Below are positions 49,501-61,500 of a stretch of DNA of 64,000 bases, piece by piece. Numbering within the stretch: the stretch's first letter is position 1; the number at the start of each line of letters is the position of its first letter. The DNA is taken from contig JACRDU010000162.1 of the NCBI GenBank assembly GCA_016218495.1, forward strand, positions 1-64,000, read 5' to 3'. The position numbers and the translations under genes are program-made. The notes below the pieces were generated by a model, which worked only from the letters and a program-made list of their open reading frames with translations, did no database searches and was not told where the DNA came from. The stretch comes from Elusimicrobiota bacterium (lineage in GTDB: Bacteria > Elusimicrobiota > Elusimicrobia > UBA1565).

Positions 49501-52500
49501 AGCCCGTCACCGTCAGCCCCACCCGCATCTCGCCGTAGTTGTTGAAGTAGTCGCCTGGGACGTCGTTGGCCGAGAGGTGGATGCCCAGCCCGCCGTTCTG
49601 GCCGGCCGTGATGGTGGTGCCGGTGCCGACGGCCACCCAGCCGCCGTTGGCGCTGACGAGCAGGGCTCCGGTGCGCGCCCCGCGCAGCAGGTTCGGCGCC
49701 GACTCCGTGTTGGAGAGGCCTTCCGGCCCGGTGTTCTGTCCCTTGAAGTTCCAGGAGCCAGCCGCCTGGACGACGACCTGCTGGCCCGGAGCCACCGACA
49801 GGCAGGTGTAGTAGCCGCCGCCGCCGAACGGGTCGCCCTCGGTTCCGGCGAACACCGCCCAGCCGATGGTGGCCGAGCTGACGATGGGATAGATGGGGTC
49901 GGCGTCCATGCTGCCGGCGCCCATCAGGAAGTAGTTGCTGGCGGCCACCGTCAGGCTGAGCGGCGCCAGGCCCTGGTGGCCGGACTGCAGGCCCTGCGGC
50001 TGGAAGACCAGGAAGGCCGTCCGCGGCTGGCCGGGGTCGAGGAACAGGGTCTGGTAGAAGTTGACCACCGCCGAGGAGACGGGCGGGGTGACATAGGCGA
50101 AGCCGACGGGGTTGTCGCAGGGCCCCGTGCCGCCGCAGTATTGGTCCAACTGGCCGTTGCCGTCGTTGTCGATCCAGAAGGCCAGCTGATAAGACTGCAT
50201 CGGCCCGCCCTCGATGTCGACCTGCAGGCCGTTCATGGAGGCCTGGCTGGAGGCCCCGGTCAGCGTCAGCTTCGCCATCGTCTGGGGGCCGTTGTCGCCG
50301 ATGAGGCCGCCGTGCGGGATGACGACAGACGCCCCGACCGTGCCTCCGGGGGGCGCCGTACCGCCCCCGGCCGAGATCGAGACGGTGCCGGGGTAGGTCC
50401 CGGACTGCGGCAAGGTGATGACGGCCGAGCTGCCGGACGCCTCGAAGGAATCCAGCTCGCGGTTGTTGTTTACGTCGACCCAGCCGATCAGGACCAGGCT
50501 GGTGGCCGGCACGGAGAGGTTGAAGAAGCCCGGGCCCTGGGAGTAGCTGAGGGCTTCGACGGCGTTCGTCGAGACGCCGTCGGCCAGGAGGCTGACGGCC
50601 CCGACCAGCATCGGGCCGAACTGCTGGGAGCCGTTCTGGAAGTCGACGTTGACCTCGCCCCAGTCGCGCACCGTGATGTCCTTGCCCGACAGGTTGTCGC
50701 TGGGGGCCACGAAGACGGGGTCGGAGCGGAGGAAGCCCTTGTTCGCGGGGCCGAAGGCGCCGCGGGTCTCGACTCCGTTGGGGTAGAAGTCGTTGTTCGC
50801 GTCGTGCCAGGCGAAGAGGTAATAGGTGGCCGGCGCGTCGAGGTTGTTGAGGTTGTAGGTCCCGCTCAACCCCGACACGGACGCGGTGAACTGGAGGCCG
50901 CCTTGCGGGGCGAAGGTATCGAAGAAAGGCTGGGTGGAGGCGCGGACCCGCGTGAAGCCGGCGCCGGGCCCGGAGACCGCCTCGTTGATGATGCTGCCGG
51001 CGATGTTGCCCGCGCCGCCGCCGTCCGGATTCCAGAACAGGACGTTGTTCGGGTCGTTCTCCTTGGGGGTGCCGCGGTTCGGGCCCATCGAATCCAGCAT
51101 CGTGACGTTCGAACCGACCGGAACGCCCGCGGCGTTTACGTTGGTCGTGTACTGCCCGTAGAACTGCAAGCCGCGGAAGGTCATCGCCTGGGACGAGGAG
51201 CGCGCCAGGGTGAAGGCCGCCGTCGCGTTCTGCTCCCACTCGTCGAAGCCGACGTTGTGGAAGGCCAGCAGGTTCGCCGCCGAGGTGATGGTCACGTTGG
51301 AGCGTTCCATGCGCAGGAACCCGTTCCCCGTGACGTTTACCGTGCCCTCCACGACGGTGAAGGGCACCGTGTTGAAGCCGGCCGGCATGACCTGGGAGAA
51401 GGCGCTCTGGTCCGGCGCGTACACGAAGCGGCCGCCGCCCGAGACCACGGCGCCCGCCTGCCCGACGAAGAGGCGGCCGTTGTCGCGGCCGAGGTCGAAT
51501 GTGGCGCCGTTGGTGACGAAGAGGCCGCCCTGGACGCGGAACTCCTTGTTCCGCCCCATGTCCAGCGTCCCGCCCGCTATGACGGCGTGGCTGGAGACCT
51601 GGATGGCGTTGAAGTCGTCGGGGCCGTTCGAGCCGCGCAGGCGCACCGTGCCCGTATAGCCGGGGGTCATCGTCCAGGCGCCGACGTTGAGCTGGAAGAG
51701 GTTCCAGTCGCAGTCGTTGGCCCCGTTGAACACGATGCTCTCGCCGGGCTGGGGGGGCTGGCCGGAGGCCCAGTTGTTGGGGATGTCCGCGCCCGCGCCG
51801 AAGGCGCTGCCACCCACCCAGGTCTGGGTGACGGAAGAGGGCACGATGTGGAAGTCGACCGCCAGCCCGTTCGAGTTGTCCTGGTAGTCGGTGTCGTTCA
51901 TCGCCAGGGCCAGGGGGCCCGACTGGGTCGACACGAAGGTCTTGGAGGAGCCCACCAAGAACCAGTTCGACCCGCCGATGCGCCCGACGAGCGCGCCGAT
52001 GGGCAGCGCCCCGCCGAGGCCGCCGGTGGACCCGAGGCCCTCAGGGCCGGACACGCCCGACGCTCCGGTGTTCCAGAAGCCGGAGGCGTTGATCTCCACG
52101 GTCTGTCCGACGTTGATGAAGAGGCCGGTGTCGAAGCCGCCGGAGGGCGAGGCGCCCGCCTGAGGGACCGGATAGCCCATGTCGAACGGGCGGGCGGCTA
52201 GGGAGAACTGGCTGACGGCCAGGTCCGAGGCGGCGGGCAACGGCTGCCCGGCGGCCATGGAGCCGTTAGGGAAGGTGAACGCCGAGGCCGACTCGACGCC
52301 GACCCCAGCCGACTTGCCGGCCGGCACCCCGAAGATGCCCAGGCCGACGAAATAGGAAGCCGTGGAGGCCGTCACCGTCTGGGTGCTCCAGAAGACCACG
52401 TTCGCGGTAGGAGGGACTCCGGCGGAGAAGAACTCGTCGCCGATGAATTCGTCCAGTCCGACGGTGAGATTGCCGTCGCTGTTGGAATCACGCCACACCC

Positions 52501-55500
52501 GGGCCACGACCGCCTGCGCCGGCGCGTCACCGAGGAGGCTCACGCGCAGGGCGCTGAGCTGGGCGTTGCCCCCCTCGCTCCACAGCCCGAGCTTGAGGAA
52601 GGCGGCCTCGCCGTTGGAGGAGATGTTCTGAGGGGCGACGGACACGGCCGCCAGATGCACCTGGCCGGGCGTGCCGGCGGCGATGGTGATGTTCTGGACG
52701 AAGGTCGTGTTGGGCGACACCCCGGAGAGGTCGATGGGGCCGACCGTGGCGAAGTCCTCGCCGGAATCCTTCGCGGCGTTCCAGTTCGAATCCACGAAGG
52801 CCTGCAGGTACAGGTTCGAGATGGTGGCGACGAAGACCGTGTAGGTGCTCAGGGAGTTGTCGGCCGAGCGCGGGTACTCGATGCGGGTCCCGGCCGAAGC
52901 GGGGTCGCCGTACCAGTGCTGGACGCGCAGGGTGCCGGTCTGGACGCTGTTGTTCGTGACGGTGCCGGACACCTGGACCATGTCGAAGAGGTGGAGGTCC
53001 AGCCCCGTCACGGTCTGGTCCGGGAGGACGACGACCGGGGTCAGCGGCCCGTAGAACGAAGCGGAGTGCCGGGCGAACGGGTCGAAATTGTCGGGCTCCC
53101 CGCTCGAGTTGCGGTCCCAGAGGGCCTGGACATAGTAGGTGTTCGGGGCGATGAGCCCCGACGCGGAGAACGCGCCGAGGGCGCCCGTGGAAACCATCAG
53201 GGTGGCCGGCGCGCTGTTGTCGATGTCGAAGGCGCTGGTCGAGAAGACGATTTTGTAGTCCGGAGCGCCGGTCAGGCCGTAGTCGTAGCCCAGCGTCCCT
53301 TCCACCGACCCGTAGGAGGCCGGCGGGGTGGGCGGCACGGTCTGCACGGTGACCAGCTGGTTGTTGCGGAAGTCCGCGCCCCAGAGCTGGCCGCCGACGA
53401 AGGCCAGGCCGGAGAGCATCTTGCCGCCGTCCACCCACTGGGGCGTCGTGTCGATGAAGGGAGAGGGCAGGGTCCCCAGGTTCTCGAAGCGCCAAACCGA
53501 CCCGCTGCCGGGGGCGGCATCGGTCGTCACTTCCGAGACGAACATGTTTCCGTCGAAGTCGAAGGCGAAGGCGAACGGGGCGGGGACCGCCGTGATGGTG
53601 ACGTCCGGCGTCCCGGAGATGCTGCCCGCCACCTCGGGATAGCGGCGGATTTCGCCCAGGGCCGGCACCGAGACCCAGAGGTTGTTGCCGCTGTCGAAGC
53701 CCAGGCCGGCCGCGCCGGGCAGCTGGGCGAAGCTGGTGAACTGAGAGGCGCCGCCCGCCGAATAGGTGGGGGCTCCCAGGGAAGAAGCGCCGTCGCGCAG
53801 GTAGTTGACGACGCTGGCCCCCCCGCCGGTCCGGTTGGCCACCCACAGGTCGCCGGTGTCCGACCGGAAGGCCGTGGCCCAGACGTCGCTGAGCATGGTC
53901 GAGAGGGAGCTGGAGGTCGTGGTCGAGACCGTGCCGGGGCCGGCCTCGCCGGCGTAGCGCACCAGTTGGTTCACCGGGCCGCCGAAGGCCGTGGAGACGG
54001 CCACCCAGAGGTTCCCTCCGGTGTCCACGGAAAGCGCACGCGGGTTGCGCACGCCCTGCGGGAAGCCCAGGACCTGCTGGGCCGGCGCGGTGCGGCTCAC
54101 GGGCGGGGCGGGGGAGTCGAAGCGTTTAAGGGAGTCCTCGGCCGCGTAGGAGGTCCAGAGCCGGCCCGCCATGTCGGCCACGCCCCAGTAGCCGTCGCCC
54201 TGCGGCGCGCCGCCGGTCCCGGAGCCCGCGTCGGAGAGGTTCTTGACGAAGGTGACGGCGTCGTAGCCGTTGGCTCCGTTGAAGCCCGTGCCGGTGACGA
54301 AGACGTTAGAGGAGTCGAGCACGGCCAGCCCGATGGCCTGGTCGAAGCCCGCGAAGCCGGCGTCGAAGCTGGTCGAGGCCTTCTCGATGAGGTCGGGGTC
54401 GAAGACCTTCAGCGCATAGTCGCCGCCGTCGGCGGAGTAGCTGGTGATGGCCAAGTAGAAGAGACCGTCGGGTCCGGACTTCAGGCCCGCGCCGGGAGCG
54501 GACTGAACGCTCAAGGTCGACGACGCCCCGCTGTAGTTCAGGTTCGGGTCGAACTTGCGCAGACGATAGTTGTAACCGGTGGCGTCATAGGACCCGGCCA
54601 GCAGCACGCCGTTGGAGAAGGCCAGGTCCATCTGGCCGACGACGGCCGGGAAGAGGGCCGAAACGTCGGCTTGGGCCAACGCGTTGAGGTTCTGGTCGTA
54701 CTTGACCAGCTTGACGGTGTTCGAGCCGTCGCTGACGCTGACGAAGACCTCGCCGCCGAAGGGGGTGATGACGATGTTGTTGCCGTTCACGTGCTGGGTG
54801 GAGATGGGGAAGGTGGCGCGGGCCACTTCGTTCAGGTTCGTGTCGAGCTTGACGACCTTGGCGCCCTGGCTGATGCTTCCGCCGTCGTTCACCGTGTAGA
54901 CGAACCCGGCGCGCGAGGCCGCGCGGGTGATGTTGCCGATGTTGTTCTGGTTGAAGGTGACGGTCTGCAGGCGCTCCAGGCTCGCGCCGAGCTTCACCAT
55001 GCGGCGCAAACCGGCCTCGTCCTTCTCCGCCACGAAGACGGAGCCGTTCTCGAAGGCCAATGCGTCGCCGGAGAGGCTGCCCAGCAAGGTCGTCGAGGCG
55101 ACGAAGGCGCCGGTCAGATCGTACTTGACCACCGTGACCTGGTCGGGAGAAGCACCGGCGCTGGCGTTGGAGGTCGAATGGATGGTGGCGTATACGAAAC
55201 CGCCGGTGGAATCGATCACCAGGCTGTGCCCGATGTCGGCCCCGTTGACGTCGTTGTTGATCCGCGAACCCGGGCTGAAGGTGCCGGCGAAGCTGACGCT
55301 GACGGTGCTGACCACCGCCGGCGGGGCCGCCGAGAGGGACTGGAGCTTCACGACCCCGTCGAAATGGCCGGTGTTGTAGCCGGCCCCCGCGGCGTAGACC
55401 CCGGTGGGACCGCTGGTGAGCAGGGCCATGAACGCGTCGGCGCCGGAGAAGCCGGCGTCGGCCAGGACCGTGTCGAAGGGGACGAGGTTGGAATCGAAGC

Positions 55501-58500
55501 GCTTGAGCAGGAAGTTCCCGCCGTCCGCGGTCGCCGAGGTCAGCCCGACCGTGACGATGTTGGCCGAGTCGGCCGAGATGGCGCCCATGCCCTGGCCGCC
55601 CACTACGGGGAAGGTCGAAGACACGCCGTCATAGGCCAGGGTGTTGGAGAAGCGCCGGACATAGGCCTCGCCGGCCCCCTCGGAGCGCGCGAAGAGGAAC
55701 AGCTTGCCCGAGCCGTAGGCGATGCGGGCCGAGTCGGGATCGCCGACCAAAGAGGAGATGTCCAGGGTGCCGACCACCTGCAGCCCGGTGTCGAACTTGA
55801 CCAGTCCGCTGGGGCTCATGTGCATCGAGCTGACCGCTACGAAGAGGTTGCCGACGGCGTCGACGGCGGCCCACTTGGCGTGCGTCTGCCAGGAGCCGGC
55901 GACGGTATAGGTGGTCCGGGAGATCTCGGCCAGGCTCGGGGAGTACTTGACGATGATGGTTGGATACTCGCCGCCCAGGAAGAGCGGCCCGCCGTCGACC
56001 AACGCGTAGACGTTCCCGCCGCGGGCTACGGCCATCGTCCCGCCGGCGCCCACCCCGAGGGTGGCGGAGGACTGGAAGACCAGGTTCGCGTCGTAGCGGT
56101 GGATGCCGGTGTCGATGGTGGGCTCGCCGCGGTTGGCGCCGACATAGAGCGAGCCGCCGTCAAAGGCGATGGTGTGGCTGGTGGTCCCCAGGGGGTACAT
56201 CGTGGCTGAAGAGAGCACGACGCCGGCAGAGTTCATCTTAAGGATGACAGCCTCGCCCGCCGGGGGCCACACCGCGCCGGTGGTCGAATAGGCGATGGCG
56301 TAGAGGTCGCCGGAGACGGGGTCGGCGGTCAGGGCCACGACGGCTTCGTTGCGGTTGTCGGTGGTGTTGACGAACTTGCCGGACGGCAGGGCGCCGGAAT
56401 ATGTGAAGACGGGAGCTGGCGGTGCCGCAGGACCGCCTGCCCCCAAGGGCAGGAGGAGGCGGGTGGTTCGGATGTCGTTGTTGGCCCCGTTCGAGGACTG
56501 TCCGGTCAGGAAGAGCGCACCGGTCTGTCCCACGACGAAGGCGAAGGCGGTATCGACGTTGCCGGCCCCGTCGGCCGTGGCCGAGGAGATCATGGCCAGG
56601 GTGGCGGGGTTGATCCGCATCGCCAGGTAATCCGCCGGCGAACCGGCCGAACCGGCCAAGAGCAGGTCGCCGGTGGCGTCGAAGGCCAGGTCGCTGGCGA
56701 TTTCAAAGCCCGCGCCTCCCAAGGCCGCCGTGCTGACGAGGGTCGGAGTGGGGACCGAGTAGCGCGCCAGGATGATGTCGCCGCCGTTGGCAACAGTGGA
56801 CCCGGTCACATAGAGTTCGGTGCCGGACGGCGCAAGAGCGATGCCCCCATCCTGTTGCCCAGCGGGGAGGGTGTCCTCAGTGATGGCGGAATTGAGGTTC
56901 TCATCAACCTGTGCCACGAGGACTCTGGCTGGGGTGTCATTAATCCGGCCGGTGGTATAGATGTTCCCAGTCACAGGGTCGGCCGCGACCCCGTTGGCAA
57001 AATAATCAAGCGAGGAGGCCCAACCCGTGAATCCGACGTTCGCCAACCCGGTGGAAATACGGAACAAGTCGATTTCGAAGAAGGACGCGGCAAAGTGATG
57101 CCCGGCGAAATAGAGGTAGCCGTTGGGGTGAGAGGTGACCGCTTCGAAGTAGTCCAGAGTCCCGCTGTCCATCGTGGTGGAGGAAATCATCGCCAGGGTG
57201 ATGGAGGACACGCGCATCAGCAGGAAGTCGCTGTTGCCCGAGGAATTGATATCCACCGAGCCGCCGACGAAGAGGTCGCCGTTGGCATGCTGGGCCACGG
57301 CACGGAAGCTGTCGTTATAGGGCGACAGGCCGTAAGTGGCCGACGACACCAGGTTCCCGCCCACATCATAATGGAGGATCAGGGCGTCATAGGAGCCCGC
57401 CGGGCTCGAGGTATGGCCGACGACGAACACATCGCCCGTGTTGGTGTCCTTGACGATGTCGTAGGCTCGGTCCTCGTCAGCGCCGGAGGCCAAGGCGCCG
57501 CCCGGCACGGGGAAGGTGCCGGAGAAGGACATCGGAGCCGGCGCGCCGCCGCCGGAGGCCAGGGTGCGCAGCATCACCACGCCGTCGTCGTGGGTCGAGT
57601 TGCGGCCCGTCCCGCCCAGCGCCACGCCGTCGCCCGAGTAGAGGGCGACGCCGGTCAAGCTGTCGGCCCCGCCGAACCCGGCGTCGAAGACCCCGGAGGA
57701 GAGCTGGTTGAAGCTATGGTCGAACCGGAAGGCGAGGAAGCTCCCCCCGTCGGCCGTGCTCGATGTCAACCCGACGACGAGCGAGGTGGCGTCGGCGGTG
57801 ATGGAGGTCTCCGGCGAGGCGCCGGGGACATAGATGTTCGTGCTGACGCCCAGGGAGGCCAAAGTCGAGGAATCGTAGCGATGGAGGATGGCATGGGCCG
57901 GCGCGGCCGAGTCGCCGGAGGCGACGAAGACGCTGCCGCCGCCGTAGGCCAAGCGCGGCTGACTGCCCAGAGTGGTGGTCAGGCTCACGGAGGAGAGTTG
58001 GACCAGGCTCGAGTCGAAGCGGTAGAGGGCGCCCTGGATGGGAGGCGTCACGGTCATAGACGTGACGGCGACATAGATGTCGCCCGGCACGTTAGCGACG
58101 ATGTCGTCGCCGTTGAGGTGGTCGGAGCCGAACGGGGCCAAGGTCGAACGCGCCACCTCGTTGAGGGTGACGGCGTCGTACTTGATGACCTTCGCGCCCT
58201 TATCGCTCAAGCCGCCGTCGTTGATGGTATACAGGAAGCCGTTCTTTGCCACGGCGCGGGTGATGTTGCCGACCGCCGCGGCGTCGACGCTCACCGAGGA
58301 GAGCCGCACCAGGTTCGCGTCGTAGCGCGCGATGCGCCGGGTCGTGGGCTCCTCCTTCTCGGAGACGAAGACGAAACCGTTCTCCCAGGCCAGGGCGTCG
58401 CCGCTCCGGTCGCCCTGGAGCGCGGCGGAGGCCAGCACTACGCCGGACGGGGAAATCTTCAGGAGGAAGCTGTCGCCGGACGCGGCGTACCACTGGGGCG

Positions 58501-61500
58501 CGCTCGTCGAGCGTGCCACCGTGTAGACGTTCCCGGTCGTGGAATCGACGGCCAGGCCGAACAGGGCCTCGTTGCGGTTGGCTGTGGAATTAACGAACGC
58601 CCCGGCGGGGAGGGAGCCGGAATAGGTCAGGACGGCCGGCCCGCCCGGGCCGCCGCCGCCGGACAGGGCCAGGCGGGTCGTGCGGGCGACGCAGTTGTTC
58701 CCACCGCCGCCCGTGCAGGACGTGCCGGTGGCCCAGACATCGCCCGAAGCGGGCACATGCAGGGCGACCCCGGACCCGCCAGCGCCGGCCGCGTTGAAGG
58801 CGGCGGTGGACAGCAGGTTCAGGCCGACGTCGTAGCGAGCGGCGCTGTACTGCGAACCAACCGGGGTGCTCCCCGAAGTGACGATGTAGATGTCGCCCTC
58901 GGGGCCGGCCTGGATCTGGCCGGGGCCGATCTGCAGGCGGGTCGGGGCGAAGGTGGAGGAGAACCCGGTATAGTTCAGGCTGGAGTCGAACTTCCTGATA
59001 TAGAGCTCAGAGCCGTCCTCGCTGCCGACCAGGGCGAACACGAACCCGCCCGCGTAGGCCAGCTCGATGCTGCCGCCGTTGCCGATGATGGGCAGGAGAT
59101 TCGTCGACACATCGACGTCCACCAGGGGCGAGGCGCCGTCGAAGGTCGGCCCGTACTTGAGCAGGTGCAAGGTCGAGGTGGCGTTGTTCACCACCATATA
59201 GGTGTTGCCGGAGGGGTCGATGGTGATGCCGTTGCCGTTCGTAAAACCGGGCAAAGTGGTATAGGAGGCTGTGGCCAGGGCCACCAGGCTCGGGCTGAAC
59301 TTGATGAGGGAGCTGCCGTCGTTGTGGACGTAGATGTTCGTCCCATCCGTCGTCATGCGGGTGGCGTTGGTGTAGGCCGGCCCCCCGGCGGCGGGAGACT
59401 GGTAGGACACCTGTCCCTGCTGGGCCAGGAACTTGTTGAACTTGACGATGCCCACGTCGCTCGTGGTGCTGGAGGTCGGCTTTACCTTGTAGCTGGCGTA
59501 GACGTTGAAGGCGCTGTCCACCGCGAAGGCATCCGCCCCGGCGGCGTTGCCCGGCAGGGTCGTCGAAGAAAGGAGGTTGCCGGAGGCGTCGAGGCGGGCG
59601 ATGGAGTCGACCTCGGGATAGAGCTCGCCTCCCAGGTTGGCCGTCGTCGATATGAACGCCACATAGACGAAGGGGCCGGAGACCGTCACCGTGTCGACGA
59701 AAATCTGTCGGCCGATGATGTTGTGGCCGGTGGCCGTGATGGCGTTGCCGTTCGCCGAGTTGTAGGCCCCGCCAAAGGTGAAGGACGGGGCGCCGGCAGG
59801 CGCGCCCTCGATGCCTTCGGCGCCGGCCACGACGCTGCCCGTGCCGTCGAGCTGCACGACGGTGGGAGAGCCGTTGTTGACCGCGTAGAACGTGCCGCCC
59901 ATGTCGGTGCCGGAATAGAGGACCGATTCGCTGAGCAGGTTCTTCGGGTAGCCGGCGGTGAGGTTGAGGGAGAGGTCGTAGTCCCAATACGCCGAATAAC
60001 CCAGATTCTGGGAGGGCTCCTGGCCGCCGATGACGGCGACGTTGGCGGCGCCGCGCAGGATGATGTCACCCACCTTCTCGTGGGTGGCCGGGCTGGTGGA
60101 ATGCCAGTACTTCTCGGCGACGGTGCTGCCGTCCATGTCGAACTTGAGGACGGCCAGGTCCATGTTGCCGGACCCGTTCATGAACATGGCGCCGGCGAAG
60201 AGGTTCGTGCCGTTCGCGGTGAGGGTGGGATTCCCCTCGCTGCTGGGCATGAAGCCGGGGAGGGTGTTGGCCAAGGTCAGGGAGCCGGCGGCGTATTTCC
60301 ACAGCGCCAGGTCGATGTAGTTCGGCGCGCCGCCCACCGGCTGGCTGGACATGCCGAGCATCCAGAAATACTGAGGGGCCCCCGGCGCCGTGCCGGTGGA
60401 CGCGATGCTCGAGACGAAGTCGAAGGAAGAGCTAGGGGCGTTGGCGTAAGTCGGGGCGAACAGGGTGTCCGAGACGGTGGCGTACTCCCAGATCGCGGTG
60501 GCGAACGAGCCGGCGGAGAGTTCGACGGCGCCGGCCAACCTCAGTTCGCCGTTGGCGGTAGAAGTGGCGGCCATCACGAAGTCCGTCAGGCCGAAGCCCG
60601 CGTCGAGCGTCCGGCTGGAGACGAAGGTCATCGGACCCGGGTTGAACTTCCAGACCGCGGCGTCGTTGCCCAAAGTCGTCGGACCGGAAGCCATCCCGAC
60701 CATGTAGAGGCTGCCGCCCGTGTAGACCAGGGGCAGGTTGTCGTCGACGCCGGCGCCGCTGATGGTAATCGACGAAACAAGGGTGTTGAGCGGCGTCATC
60801 TTGCGGATGTCGACGGTGCCGTCGCCGTTGGCGACCGACATATAGAGGTAGGTGCCGTCGTTGACCAGGGAGGTCTGGCCGCCCTGGCCGCCGCCGCCAT
60901 CGGGCAAGGCCGCGTAATCGACCATCTTGGACGCGAAATTCTGCGGCCCGGCCGTCTGGTTGACCGAGGTCATGTAAATCTGGGTGCTGGCGCGCACGAC
61001 CATCGAACTCGAGGGGTCCGCATCCTTGCGCAGAGAAGAAGCCAGGTCGGGCGTGAAGGCCTTGAGGCCAGGGAACGCCCCGCTGCCCATGTAGTAGACG
61101 TCGTAGTTGTTAGGGTCGACGGCGACGCTGCGCTCGTCGCTCGACGAGACGTTGCCGCTAGAAGCGAAGGTCGCCGTGGCGACGGCCACCCCGTTCTGGA
61201 TGCGGAAGATGTAGTTGATGGATTGACCCGCGACCGAGGCGAAGGCCACAGCGTAAGCGTCGCCGGAACCGGCGAGGGCCACAGCGGCACCGCCCTCCAG
61301 CGTGTCCGGGGGGGTGATGTCGAAGCTACCCGCCGGCGTCAGGTTCGGGGCGGTGAGGAGCTCCACCCGGAGGGTCCCGCCGTCGCTGCGCACGCCGACG
61401 ACGAGGACGCCGTTGCCCGGGAACCATCCTAGCACGCGGTCCTGCTTGCCCGAGACATAGGAACCCGTCATGGCCCGGGTCGAGATCAGATTCAGGGCCG

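Noticed and set aside
37532-61432. Very long plus-strand ORFs antisense to the 8,185-aa gene (e.g. 37532..40237, 40871..44884, 45452..46855, 47117..48904, 49577..52201, 52655..56209, 56855..61432)
   Set aside because: All are low-complexity R/G/A/D/E-rich translations with no recognisable domains. This is expected on the antisense strand of a GC-rich gene with third-position G/C bias. The sense frame has a signal peptide, repeated domains and a CTD.
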